A stretch of DNA of 52,808 nt, counting the filler, from Catajapyx aquilonaris (lineage: Eukaryota): assembly GCA_000934665.2 (NCBI GenBank). It is 2 parts of 2 records of this genome, joined end to end, with 100 filler letters (N's around TTAATTAATTAA, not from the genome) between each part and the next. Parts side by side here need not be neighbours in the genome. Positions count along the whole stretch, not along the records: positions 1 to 26,355 come from JYFJ02005221.1; positions 26,456 to 52,808 come from JYFJ02005222.1. One strand, 5' to 3'. The translations under genes and the position numbers were made by a program. Of this stretch, positions 14,801-27,909 are shown in pieces. A model generated the notes under the pieces. That model ran no database searches. It had not been told where the DNA came from and saw only the letters and a list, made by a program, of their open reading frames with translations. How positions within the stretch are numbered: the stretch's first letter is position 1; each line of letters starts with the position of its first letter.

Positions 14801-17800
14801 TGGGAATTGGTGACCCCCTAAATAACTGCAGCCGTACGCCACACACAAGCCCGGCATTGTGCAGTGATGCAAGAGCAACAGCACAACGTGAACCCATGTC
14901 TCATGGCTCGGTGGTGCTCCTAGCGGAGAAAAGTTGCAGTCGCCTCCCCCATTGCCATTTTAATATAGCCATCCACAAGTTTTTTGCCTTTAGTTAGGTC
15001 ACTGGTCTTTCAATCAATAATGATGAGACTTCACCATATGACTACATTCCTTTTGACCCGTTGACTCATAATGAAAACTTTTCAGGGTGTTTCTCTGACC
15101 AAGTTGATGGTCAGAAGGGGGAGAGTTGATAGATTATGACCCTTGGTGACACAAACATTGGTGGCCATCTTTCTGTGCAGTTGCCAAACCTCTATTAGTC
15201 TGTGGTTTTTTTTTCTTCTTTCTATGTAGACCTACACATATTCCTGCTCTCATTCCTCTTTTATTACTAGGTGAAATTGAGCTGCCCTCTTCGAATGGCA
15301 CCAGTCAGTTTCCAGACATGTCAGGCCATTCCCCAGTCCGTCATCAAGCTGAGGGCACCCTTCCTGAGATCAATGTCCGGTGGGTGAGCAGCATGAAGAA
15401 AGGCTTCACCAACATCATGTCTTCCATAGACTCCGCCCTGAAACCCAATCCAGATGACTCCCTGTCAGATACCCTCTCAGTAAGGAGTGAGGGGGAGAAT
15501 GACAGTGACGACAGCGAAAATTTTGTCATGCTGGGAATGGACCATGACAGGCAGGAGGGGGCATCTTGCTCAGATGCCATGCTGTTTGCAGGGCTCAAAA
15601 AGCAGCAACAGGGGGTTGCAGAAGCAGTGGAGGTGGCCAGTGAAGTCATTGAAGATTCATATAGTGAGCAGTCTGTGCCCAGCTCCTTCCGTAGGCAAGA
15701 TCTGGTATGGTCCATAGGTCCCTTTAGAGAAGAAGGGGTTTTATGTTACTTCATTACTGTGTTTCTTGTTCTGGAACTAACCAAGTGCCTTTTAGATTTC
15801 AGTTGTGACCTTCCGCCTAGGAATGGTTGAAGTGGTGCAGCAGTCTTGTGGATTCGTGTCAGCCATCAAGCTTCAGAGCTCAAATTTTACATGTGAGCAG
15901 TGCAGTGCCATTTCTTGGGATGAATTTCAGGTGAGCGTGAAGGCGTGTTCCCCGTAATAAATGTGGGACAGGTGCTCTTTTGTTGTTTTTTCTTTTCTTC
16001 ATTATAGAGTATTTATTGGGTTGTGATGATAAAAATTTTAACATGGGCCAATTGAAAGAGAATTTTTATTGGTAAAGTTTCAATGAAGATTTTTGATTTC
16101 TTTATTTAGGTTGTTTTTGGCTTGTGTGGCTCCAAAGCTTTTCTTGTTTGGAAATGAAAATATGATGATATTATTGTCCACTTTACATTGAAACTGGATG
16201 CTTGCAAACTGACTTCTTGTGTTTTTTGCAGTCTTTTATTCGTAAAAACATCACACTTTTCAAGGGAAGATTGCAGAATAACAATTTACAGATTCAGAAT
16301 GTGAGTTTACAAGAGTTTTTTTAGAGCATAACATTTGGTAGTTTTGAGTGTGTTTTTCCAGTTGTTTAGAGAACAAAAAATACAAAAGTGCCCAGGATCC
16401 AGGTATAGTCAATGTACACATTGCTATTTTTATATTATACATGAACACTGTTTATGTTTGATATGTTCAACTTGGAAAGAGGGAGTAAAATGGGGGGGAA
16501 AATTAGTGACACTTCACACTGGCTCCCATATGAATACTGCAGAACTACAGCTCTCTTTTTTCAACTTTTTTGCATGCCATCCAACTATTCTGAATGTTTT
16601 TGTGTGCCCTCTAACAGGCCAAGAAAAAGGTACCAGCCTTCTTTCTCTGCATTGCTGTTAGATGCCTTTTGTGTTAGTTAGACACACACTGCCAAGTATA
16701 TTTGCCGAAGCTGATTGATGGCTTTTGCTGTGGGTTTTGTGATATGTTAAGTAGCAAGACTCATTGCCGGGTGTCGGCTCTGTCTGTCTAGAAAGTGTTT
16801 ATATTGTAGTTCTCTACAATGCAATGCAGTGCTAGTTTGTAAATAATTGAGACACCCTGTGATGACATAGTTAATTTGTGTGCACTGTTGGCAAGCTTTC
16901 AACAGACATTCAGTGTTGTTGCAGTAGGGAGTAAGTAGAAATTGAACTTAATGTAGTGTAGTGTAACGTTCTGTGGTACCATGCATAAATAATTGTTGAG
17001 ATTCAGAAGGGTTTAATATTGCAAGGATTGGTTTCTCCTGTGTTCATAAAATGATTTGCTTTTAAAAAAAATCTGTGACATAGTGCAGAGTTGACCACCC
17101 TTTCACATGATCAAAATTTGATGAAACCTGGGATTGGATTGCAGGCTGAGAAATCCCCACAGCCAGAATAATTGGGTGGGGATTGGGTATGTGCATACAG
17201 GTTGTTCCAAGTTTGGATGTCACTTCTTCATAACTGGTATCAGGCGATATCAGTTATCAAGAAGTGACCTCTGAACTTGGAACACCCTGGTATTTGTGGA
17301 ATTGTTTTAGCTGTGGCAGTATTTTAGTCAGTTATATGGCGTAAGAGTATAATGTAACTGTAACAAACTATCCCATATCTCTTTCATGACAACTGCTGCT
17401 TTGGCTAAATTTTAAAACAAACCGTTGCACATGTTCTATGACATGTAGGTTATTTTAGGTAGGTTACAAGTTACAATAGCCGCAATGAATTTCCACATTA
17501 ATAGTAGCTGTGGTAAGTAAGGGTCATGCTAATCTCAAATTTATTTTCTGTTATTCGTCTAGGTCATGAGATCTTATTGCCAATCAAGGTGTGGAATAGA
17601 GTGGTTTGAGAAATACCTTCCACTCCCTTACAAAAAATGCCAGAAGGAGACTTCCTTGGCGACAATAATAACTCAAAATTAGCAGTACGGTAGGATCTAA
17701 ATGCACTTACTGCATTTTCAGAGGTTGAGCAGTAACTGCCAGTAACAGGAAGTTTTCACAATGCACCTCTCATTGTGCCACTTTCTGGTGTGAGCCATTT

Positions 17801-20800
17801 TTCTTATCAATCACAGGGCAAATGGGTCCCCTTGTGTAACATTTTTAAAAAATGGGATTGTCTCATAATCGGGGTGCGGTTAACTTGAATGATTTTCTTG
17901 AGTGATCATGATCAAGGAAACAGTCCCCCATCTTGGCATCATGGAAAATTACATAATGTGTCAATTCAGTGCTACGAGGGCGGTACCAAAATGATTTACA
18001 ATTTGATTTTTTGCCACAGACACAGCGGCCATGCAGGTCGGCAAATAGGCACACATTATGGATGGAGAGGGTGCCACACCCATGACTCCTGTGCATTCGG
18101 CTCCAGGAGGGTTCTGTCGATAACGTGTGCTTATTTGCTGACCTGCCTGGGCCCTGTATTTTTGCCAAAAATAGATTGTAAATCATTTTGGTACCGCCCT
18201 CGTATAATCAATTAACCCCTTCGCTACCAGATAGGCCCGAACCACCTACATTTTGGATTCCATATACTCTGAAGATAGACTAGATATTTTACAAATAATA
18301 ACAACTATACTTATCATGTTCAGGCAAAACACTATGAATAGGGCCATTCACACACGCCACTAAAATCCTGATCTTCCCCGAGAAGATCATGATTTCTGGA
18401 CGGTATAATCATGATCGTAGGAAGACCGTTCACACGAGCCACGTACTTTTCGTGATTTTTGGTAGATGGCGCTGGAAGCACACCCTCCCGCCTGGCGAAA
18501 AAATTACTCTCGATTCGGCTCACGGCAAAAAGCATGGGTGACCATACGATAGGCCTGGCTCTAATAGCATAGAGGCATGTTATCTACATTACTGCACAGG
18601 TCCTGGCTGCCTTCAGAGCGAGGTGGCAGAAGGGGCCAAGTAGAGCGCCATATTGCTTGGCTAAGAACCGGTCTGGAGAGGAAGTGATGTCAGGATTGTG
18701 ATCAGTTTTCCAGAGTCACCTTTGTAGACATGATCGGCAAAGGGAATGGCACATTTGAACACAATAATCATGATCAGGATTTTAGTGGCGTGTGTGAATG
18801 GCCCTAATGTATCTGGAACAATTTTACTCGTCTAGAAGTCCCTAAATTAATTTCCAAAAAAAAAGCTATAAAAACTGGAAATCCTCGTACTGCTGACCAA
18901 CTGTTAGGCTGATTTAATTATGAAATGCATGATAATATGTGGAATGACAACCTTGAGAACCATGCCAGATGAATTTTCTGAACTTGTCATACTTTGCTAG
19001 AAATGAATAAATACTTATTTGCGGCTTTCTGGCACTTCGGAAAACTTTCAAATTTATTTGCTATTTTCCGAAGTGCCAGAAGCCACAAATAAGTATTAAT
19101 TCGTTTCTCACGAAGTACGATGAGTTCAGATAATTCGTCTGGCATGGTTCTCAACGTTGTTATTCTGTATATTATCATGCATTTCATCATTAAATCAGCC
19201 TAAGAGTTGGTTGGCAGTACTGGGATTTCCAGTTTTATAGCCTTTTTTTTTGGAAATTAATTTAGGGACTTCTAGACAAGTAAAATGGTTCCAGACACAT
19301 TCATAGTGTTTTCCTTGAACGTGGTAAGTATAGCTGTTATTATTGGTAAAACATCTTGTCCATATCTTCGGAGTATGCTTAAGCCAAAATGTATGTGGTT
19401 CGGACCTATCTGGTACCGAAGGGGTTAATTTGTAGACTGATGAGTATCTGCATTCTTACAGCTTCCTTGATGAGAGGCACGGATTGTAAACCCTCACAAA
19501 TATTTTTTTCCCTGCCATTTTCTTACTCAAGCAATGGATGTTGGGAGGTGCCCAGACTCACATGACACCTACCGAGTATTTTTACTTACAAGTTGATCTA
19601 TGAACATTGCTGTGTGTGCAATCAGTCCTAATAGAGAAGATTTCAAGTGTAAGAAATGGTTACAAGATATGCTTATATTGTATGATATAAAGGACCTGTT
19701 CAAAGTTATCCTGACTAAGAAAGGCAACCCACATGGCACAATGATTCGTGTCTTTAGAGTGGTGCATATCACTGAAACTTTGCAACGTAGGAGTCTTGGA
19801 TCAAAGTGGCTGCTCTCGAGCCACTCTTAATATATTTTCTCCACCAGCTGATCAGCTCATACCGGTTCTGACAGGTGACCACCAAGGGTTTGGCCTGCTT
19901 TGCCAATGAATGCCATCTTGAATCCATCTCTCTCTCTCCTCTCTCTCTCCTCTCTCTCTTTTTGGGGGATCCCTGGAGAGAGAGAGAGAGAGATAGAGAG
20001 AGATACGCAATAGGACAAACGCGGGTTTACGTTTCGCATGTTGGAGTCTAAGGTGGAATTTGACTCACACGAATATTCTTACAACATTTTTATGGTGTTA
20101 AAAAAACATGAATTTTCGTACATCTCAAACTACTAATCAAACCAGTTGCCACGTGGCAATATTTTTTAAATATTACTAAGGCTGCTAGGTAGCAACACCT
20201 ACCACATCAAAGATACGGTAAGTGGCAAACACAGCGTGCTTTAGTGTGAAACTAAGTCCATAGATTATAAACTACAAGATAAGCCTCATTTTTGTCGTTT
20301 GGGTTGTGGGGCTACTCAGGATAACCTTGAACAGGTCCTTGAATGGTTTGCACTTTATATTTTCTACAGGGCTATTCATAAGTCTTGACCCTATTTTAAA
20401 AATTCACCAAAAATACACTACACAACAGATAGTTGTAATTAATATACCAAAAGAGCGAGAAAGGATCAGAGTTTTTTTTTACAGCAAACCATTATCATGT
20501 TGTAGCCTTGATGTGCCGCTAGGAGGCAGTAGTTAGAAAATGACAAATTATACATTATAAATGAACATGGAGGATTACATCTTTCAACAAGATGGTGCTC
20601 CACCTCATTTCCATACCCAGGTGCGATGGTACTTCAACCAAAACCTACCACGACGTTGGATTGGACGCACAAGTCCCGATGGATGATGAGGTGTTAATGC
20701 GGTGGCCACTCTGGTCACCCGATTTAACTCGCTACTTTTTCTTACTGGGATTTGTGAACGACACTGTCTTTGTGCCTCCACTAACTGCCAATGTCCAGGA

Positions 20801-22314
20801 ACTTCGCCACCGCATCACCATGGCAGTCACAAACTCTCAGTGATTGACCTAACAAAAATTTACTCCATTTCGCCCCATACGCGATCAAGCATGTCACATG
20901 CTTGCTCGCGTATGGGGCGAAATTGAGTATCGGCTAGATGTGTGCCGCATCTCCAGAGGAGGACACATTGAACATTTGTAATGTGTGTAAAAAAAACTCG
21001 GATCCTTTCTCGCTCCTTTGGTATATTAATTACAATTATCTGTTGTGTAGTGAATTTTTGGTGAATTTTTAAAATAGGGTCAAGACTTATGAATAGCCCT
21101 GTATATTCAAATATTTGGGGACCTCAGGGCAAGCTAGTGTCAATTTTTAATAATATACACACTAAATTTTAAAGAAGTTGCTCGTGTAATATGCATGCAT
21201 ATTTTCAACTGTGCTACAGTTTCCATATATCAAATCATAGCTATGGCCCAAGTCCAGTGTCCCATTAATCTCCTCTCACTTTTCCTCTCCTTCCCTGCTG
21301 AAATTAATTTTTTGTATGCTTGTATGCGGAGACCCTTTGTCATTTTTGCATGGGACCACAGGTAACCACAGATGTTTCAGTCCTCCAAAGTGAACTAATG
21401 ACTTACCAGTGACTGTAAATAATAATAGGATTAATTCATAGATTATGTGAAAGGGCTATTTGTAACAACAGCAATAACTGCATGTCTGGGGGTCTAGAAA
21501 AGAAGAAAAAAAAAAAAACACAACACATGAAACACAACATCACCAGCTTGTGCATGAATGGAGAATGTAGTGACATGCATGACTCCTGCTTCATTGAAGC
21601 TTATATACCAGAACTGAAAAGTCACAGATCCCAATCCAGGGAAGAAAGAGATAAAATCCTTTAGAGTGCAACGTGCATGGCAGGTCATCACTCAAAAAGT
21701 AAAATTACCCTTTCCCGGGGTGATCTGCAGGCCAAATTCACATCACGGAGCCGAGGTTGGAATGAAGATTTGGTGGGAATCCCCAACCAAGGTGCAGTCA
21801 GGCTCAGGCTGGACCAGAGTCTGAACTCTTCTGATGCATTGGAACGAATGAAAGGGCCAGAGTACTGTAACCTGGTGGACAATCCAGGACCTTCTCTGCT
21901 CAGGGATGCACTTCTGGAGGCACAAACTCTGTTCCTGAGGCTGAAGTGTCACAGCCTGTTGCTTCAGATTCACATGAGTGCCATCCAGGCATTGACTGAC
22001 CTTATAGAGGATGAGATTATCCCCAAGCCTTTACCCATGAAGGTGAGTAATGTTGCACATCTAGTAGCCTTGCAGGAGTATGTTTTATAATATATGCTCA
22101 CATTATAATTCTGATGTTATGCAGCTAGTGTCTGCCTGTTATATTCTCTCATCTTGACAGGTGACATTAGAAAATGTGTGTGTCCACTTGGTGGAGGACA
22201 GGCCATCCTCTAGTATAACATCACCTGGGCCTGTCCCATTGGATGTGGCAGTCCGCCATCTGGTTGTGACCAGGGATGAGGGAGGTGTCTTTCAAATTGA
22301 ACCAGGAGTTGCAG
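2876..22314 (+). CDS. BLTP3: Bridge-like lipid transfer protein family 3 (UHRF1BP1/UHRF1BP1L-like), partial, 14 coding exons, ~1155 codons
   Basis: GT-AG exons with consistent phases: 2876-3067, 3865-4257, 8912-9068, 9385-9559, 9854-9983, 10555-10729, 12587-12679, 12755-12921, 13095-13565, 13668-14145, 15271-15704, 15796-15930, 21731-22042, 22161-22314. Peptides such as KYGFSEKVIDGM, FKELEWQTLRVEA, TPLRLITNQARCRITIKKRL, MDDLLWVLTDSQLKAAL, LQVDYYPYH, HAEFTWYYYP, QLNHYQYLFLLR and LIEDEIIPKPLPM match my recollection of UHRF1BP1(L). The first ~80 aa and the C-terminal exon(s) were not found. Confidence 0.93.
3419..3718. mobile_element. Tc1/mariner-type MITE (TA-CAGT...ACTG-TA) with an internal insertion
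   Basis: ~50-bp TIRs: CAGTACCGTTCATAAAGAATGGTACGACTCTA / TAGAGTCGTACCATTCTTTATGAGCGGGACTG; TA flanks. Confidence 0.75.
4579..6963 (-). mobile_element. Decayed mariner transposon (internally deleted, rearranged)
   Basis: TIRs TATGAGGTGCTACCCAAACGTTCGCGAAC / GTTCGCGAACTTTTGGGTAGCACCTCGTA. Transposase remnants: SPVLAPCDSYLFPKMKIKLKG (YSPDLAPxD-like), C-terminal WDRHLHSKGYYLE, N-terminal CFKLGK. Confidence 0.88.
4669..6144 (-). mobile_element. pogo/Tigger-like element nested in the mariner
   Basis: TA-flanked CAGTGAAACC...GGTTTCACACTG termini. Degenerate CENP-B-type HTH peptide on the minus strand near 5500-5600 (KFSALNG/LESFRNKHRISWITVCGD). Confidence 0.8.
9113..9323. mobile_element. Hairpin MITE (Tc1/mariner-type, CAGGGTGTTCC family)
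   Basis: Near-palindromic with TA flanks; relatives at ~17198-17290 and 27175-27909. Confidence 0.75.
10916..11208. mobile_element. PIF/Harbinger-like MITE
   Basis: AGGCTATTTTCACTCGAGGCCACCATGGCA / TGCCATGGTGGCCTTGTGTGAAAATATCCT inverted termini, TTA/TAA flanks, GC-rich interior. Confidence 0.65.
17973..18204. mobile_element. mariner-type MITE
   Basis: Perfect 30-nt inverted match TACGAGGGCGGTACCAAAATGATTTACAAT, including the TA target duplication. Confidence 0.85.
18216..19424. mobile_element. piggyBac-like foldback element
   Basis: TTAA at 18212-18215 and 19425-19428; CCCCTTCG...CGAAGGGG ends; the whole element is palindromic once the nested insert is removed. Confidence 0.85.
18340..18805. 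mobile_element. Harbinger-like MITE nested in the piggyBac-like element
   Basis: TIR AGGGCCATTCACACACGCCACTAAAATCCTGATC. The 3-bp AAT duplication is confirmed by the uninterrupted opposite arm of the host element. Confidence 0.8.
19691..20339. mobile_element. Non-autonomous TIR element containing (CT)n/(AG)n, superfamily uncertain
   Basis: AGGACCTGTTCAAAGTTATCCTGA / TCAGGATAACCTTGAACAGGTCCT termini. Confidence 0.65.
20365..21103 (+). mobile_element. Internally deleted Tc1/mariner (rosa/maT-like) element
   Basis: ~48-bp TIR TACAGGGCTATTCATAAGTCTTGACCCTATTTTAAAAATTCACCAAAA; remnants IFQQDGAPPHF and WPLWSPDLT..FFLLG. Confidence 0.88.
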
Positions 22315-22622
22315 GTGAGCTCATGCCTTGGTTTAAATGAATTTTGCATGTGAAAATAAGATTAGAGTCTTTGGAAATATAGTGACATTTGCATCTAATG
22401 GAGTTATTCCAAACATTATGGAAAAAGTACCAACTAGGTGGCCATTATACAGGAGTAGGCTACATTGAAAAACCTCCACTAATACCAAAGTAAAGAATGT
22501 GTTCCAGAATGGTTTTGTCATGAACTGCCACAATTTCTAGTGGAAGTTGTTTGTAATAATGTCCAATGAAAGAGGGGAAACTAACTCTCTTTTGTTCGAT
22601 CTGTTCTGGTATTTTGGAAATC

Positions 22623-23555
22623 TACGAGGGCGAGTCAAAACAAATTGGGACTGATTTGTTATGTGATAAAGAGAATTAGTGCATGACCTTTTGTGAGTGG
22701 CATCGTGTCCAGAATGGCTTGAAGTATTAGATCACCAATTTTTGTTTGAATATTCCAAAATCACAAGCGACAGTGACACCGAAAGTAAGCCTATGTTTGC
22801 ATTCGCCTCCGCTCTGCCGGGAGGTTGGCAGTGAGGTCCAACATTCTGTGTTGAGGTTTTTTTGCAGTTTGAAGACAACAGCGACGGAGGTATAGGGTGA
22901 ATGGTGAAGAAGTGTTCCACAGCATTCCGATGGTACAAGGCATTCAGCGAGTCAGTAGTAAGCTTTCAAAGGCACAGGTCTGCAGACTCGCATCAGAGTT
23001 CTGACATAGGACCTCATTAACACCACCTGTGCAGTGATTGTTCAGGAAGAACGCCCCATAGCTGTCGATGGCCTTACCAGAATATGTGGTATTTCCCACG
23101 GTAGTGCCCATGCAATTTTGCACTGACCATTTGCACATATGACGTGTTTGCACCCGATGCGATGGGTCTTCAGGTTGTGCTCCATAGGAGAGGCAGATGC
23201 GGGTGGAGGTTTGTGAAGAGTTTCAATGTCTTGTGGCCTCACATGGTGACCAGTATCTGCTTTTCACAATCTTAGCATGTCGTACACCTCTGTGGCTGTT
23301 TCCTTCAAACAGAAGCAAAACCTCAACACTGAATATTGGCCCTCACCACCAACCTCCTGGAAGAGTGGAGGTGAATATAAACCAAGGCCTACTTCCGGTG
23401 TCACTGTTGCTTGGGATATGAGAATATTCGAAAAAAAAATTGGTGATCTAATACTTCAAGCCATTCTGGACGCCATGTCACTCATGAAAAGTCATGAACT
23501 AACTCTCTTTATCACATAAAAAATCAGTCCCAGTTTGTTTTGACTCGCCCTCGTA
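22623..23555. mobile_element. mariner-derived element with ~260-bp inverted arms
   Basis: TACGAGGGCGAGTCAAAACAAA...TTTGTTTTGACTCGCCCTCGTA; arms ~22625-22885 and ~23290-23553; central remnant GISHGSAHAILH. Confidence 0.85.
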
Positions 23556-24952
23556 CATTTGAAGTTTGCAAATTTTCAGTATTTTCTAATTGGAAATTGA
23601 TGCAGGGGATACTGGAAACCTTAGAAAATCTTTATTTGATAATATCACAGCAATATCAGATCACACCCACAATTTTTAGAGTGGCACATTGTTTTCAAAG
23701 GGAACCCCCAATGCTGGCCTTCCAAGTTTGGAATTATTTTTGACCCTGGAATTTAGTAATGGCTAATACGGGGGTGTATTGGCCATAAAGCTACTTGAGA
23801 GTGCTTATCAAATTGTGGTCCCCAGGCAGGTGCTGCTCCATGGCAAGTTTCCAGGAAATGAGAGAAATACAACCAGTCCTCGACTTACATATGTGGATTG
23901 TTCTGCACCGTTATATATTAGTTGAATTTGAACTCACATGTTTTTTTGCCTAATCTTTCTTATGTGACGAAGTGGCCGGAGTCGGGGTGGAGGCTTGGGG
24001 GGCAGTTCAGAGAGTGCGTCCAAATGGGTGGATGTTTCTGTATAGCTTTTTCTGACCTCCCTGGTACTGTCGCTCTTTGTGGCCCCACTAGGGCAGCGTC
24101 CATCCATTAGTGTGATATTTTGAGTTAATTGCGGAGCTTGAGTGGAGCTGGGGTGCTTATGGGTTACGTCACTGCAGAAATTGTGGTACTGTTGTGGCTT
24201 CACAGGCCAATGACCGTTATTGTGGCGTCACCATGGCGAGATGCACTCGGGCGTCACATGCATTTGGTCCACCCATTCGGACACGCTCACGCCTCCAACC
24301 TGACTCCCACCACTTTGTCACATAGGGAAGATCTTCCAAAAAAATTTGGGTCACACTGCAGAAACATGTTATGGTGTCTGTGCCAATGTATAAGCTGTTT
24401 CAAGGCAATTGCCATTGCAATTCATTTTCTATCACAGTTTGAGAAGGCAGGTAAAAGAAATGAGCAACACAGCTCTGTGAGTGTATATACAGCGCATATT
24501 AACACAATAACACTAAATTTAATACAGTACACAGTTAGCAAGTGCTCTGTGTGACAGTTCTGTATCCACCAGTTTCTTCCAGCATGACATTGTAACACTT
24601 TGTGTACGAAAATTTTTCAACCAAATCAAAGGTTGATTGGGTGTTGCCTCATTGTGAACAAGTGTTTTAGCGCCGAAGGCATTTTGGTGTTGCACCTTAG
24701 GGATGATTACCATGCAACAAGGGATCAGGAAAGAAATTTATCAAATTACATTCAAACCATAAGGGAAAACCCTATGAAAGCCACTCAAATACCCAGTATG
24801 AATAGGTATACCAAGGGGACTCTTGCCATATGGGAAAATCCTCTCCTTGACTCCTATGTCACACTTGGAGCCTCAGAGGCTGTGGCAGAGCCAAAGCGTG
24901 CATATAACTTCCCCAGTCTTACTTCACACATTTTCGTCATACCCCACCCACC

Positions 24953-25655
<703 letters not shown>

Positions 25656-25854
25656 TACACCCACCTAGTTATGTTTTGAGATAGACCCACAATATTTATT
25701 CATTCACGTGGTACTGATATGGTGCCAGTCCCAGGTACATCTGGAAGAAGAAGACTGCTCCACCGCACCAGAAAGTTTGAGAAGCGCTGTAGGCTATAGG
25801 GTCGCATGATTTTGGGGAGAGGGTCTAACTTTCACTAGTTTCCTTGGCGCAATA

Positions 25855-25969
25855 GAAGGGTTCGGGAGTAGAAGGTTGTGACAGTTGATTTGCCCACATC
25901 AACTGTCACAAGGTGATAACCCTCAAATGGGTTGGAATTGAGTTATCACCTTCTACTCCCGAACCCTTC
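25855..25969. repeat. Short hairpin/MITE with an inner hairpin
   Basis: GAAGGGTTCGGGAGTAGAAGGT / ACCTTCTACTCCCGAACCCTTC perfect inverted repeat. Confidence 0.65.
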
Positions 25970-26258
25970 ATATTATCATGATCCTCATTTCTAAAATTTT
26001 CTCCTTCAGGAGTGAAAGTGTACACACCTTGTATATTCTTGTTCTTTTAGTTCTGCTATCAATCTGTAGGCTCTACTTTAAAAAATGAGATGAATTTTTC
26101 CATTCGCTTTGCATGGCATAATTATTTCGGTCCCAATATTCACCATATTCCAAGTATTGGGAGTTCTTTCAGATATTGCAAAGGATCCCATCGAGGATGG
26201 ATGTTGCAGTGTTCCAAGATAATTTTTCTTGGACATTGTTACAAATATTATATATTAG

Positions 26259-26355
26259 ACTAGCAGGTTACCCGGCGTTGCCCGGGTATGTTGGGGTGCT
26301 GGTAAAGATAGGGGTACATATCTGTGATAGATTACCTGCTTGTCTTATAGCCTAC
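26259..26355 (+). mobile_element. Helentron/HINE-like repeat terminus, cut by the contig end
   Basis: ACTAGCAGGTTACCCGGCGTTGCCCGGGTA hairpin-bearing end; same motif as at ~199-219. Confidence 0.5.
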
Positions 26356-26455
26356 NNNNNNNNNNNNNNNNNNNNNNNNNNNNNNNNNNNNNNNNNNNNT
26401 TAATTAATTAANNNNNNNNNNNNNNNNNNNNNNNNNNNNNNNNNNNNNNNNNNNN
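26356..26455. other. Artificial contig-joining spacer
   Basis: Exactly 100 nt: 44 N, TTAATTAATTAA (stops in all six frames), 44 N. Flanking pieces are 26,355 and 26,353 bp. Confidence 0.95.
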
Positions 26456-27174
26456 ATTGGCAACAATAAATATAAATAATATATTTGCCGCAACGCGCGC
26501 CGTTTGCCGCGCGACATTTTTTTGTGAAATGGCCTCGCGACCCACAGGCCACCGTTTGGGAAGCACTGCTATAGGGCCTAGGCCACCACATCAGCTTGTA
26601 CAACCAGTGACTCGAGCAAGCCCCAACAAGTGGGTTGCCAAGTACTACTGGCACATGCTGGATATTATTTTGTCTTTGGATTTTTGTATAAAATGTTTTT
26701 TTGTTACAGCTGCGTACAAAATTAAAGAACAGCCCATTCCTGTCTGTCGCTTCTACGTGGAACGGAACTAGCTCACAAATATGAAAATTGTTTTTAGCTG
26801 ACCTTAACGATTTGATTATAGGACATAAGTTTCAGCTATTATTTTACTGGGATTTATCAATACGTAAGGAATACTTTTATCATGCGATATGTTCGAGGAA
26901 AAATCAGGAATCGTCATTTAAATCAAATCTTAAATCGAAAACGCTTTCACGGTTATCAGAGTCATCTAGCGGCCAGACCCAATGAGCACTTCACCCAGAG
27001 CAGGATAGATGGCGGGATTTCTGAACGTTGGTGTCGGAAAGAAGCTGCAGTAGAGTTTGCTAAAAACAAATGAACAACGCATTTTGTGCAAATAAACTGA
27101 ACACAAATTCGCATTTATCGGGTGTATTGACCATTGTGTTTGCGAGTTTATTAAATTTCATGTAGATACTACTA

Positions 27175-27270
27175 CCAGGTGTTCCAATTATTCGTGGGTC
27201 GTTTTAGACTTTTTCTCATCATCGAATAGGTCTTATAGAACGGCTCTTTATATAGGGAGGTTAAAATAAA

Positions 27271-27320
<50 letters not shown>

Positions 27321-27909
27321 ATAGAACGGCTCTGTCCGTCCGTCCGTCTGTCTGTGAACAGATATAAGGACCTCAACCGCAAGAGATATCGGCAAACGGT
27401 TTTCATATTCGGATTTAGCGTGATCTAAATCTAGGTGTCATGGTCAACTTCGGGTGACCCGCCACTTCCGGTTTTCCGGGTTCACTCTATCCGCAGAAGT
27501 CTACATTACGGCCGCGGGTTATCGTTGGATTTCGAAATTAATTTACGTGGATTTCTGATCATGTGTGTCTGAGATTTAGCCAGGGTTTTACCAGGCGCTC
27601 TAGCACAGGGGCTGTGGAATTAATTCCTGATGTTGGACATGTTTGCGATGCGCGTCCTCGGCCACCATGAGAAAAGTCTACTATAATCACGCTCACGTGA
27701 TTTGTAAATCTGGTTTTAAACTGATATCGCCCGATAATAGTTATATTTTGTAGCTTATTGTGCCCTGATCCATTGTGCCCCTTACTCCCAGGGTGTCGAA
27801 TATAGCAGTTGCTATAGAATGGGGCGGGCACAACAAGCTACAAAAAAAATAACTACTACCGGGCGATATCTATTAGCAAAAGACGACCCACAAATTCGGA
27901 ACACCCTGT
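27175..27909. mobile_element. CAGGGTGTTCC-family MITE interrupted by a DINE-1/HINE-like element and a retroposon stub
   Basis: Ends match the MITE at 9113-9323; internal (GTCY)n CTGTCCGTCCGTCCGTCTGTCTG; (GATT)n insert flanked by ATAGAACGGCTCT. Confidence 0.7.

Noticed and set aside
13727..15715. Antisense ORFs of 149 and 123 aa (also 3861-4166)
   Set aside because: Shadows of BLTP3 coding exons on the opposite strand.
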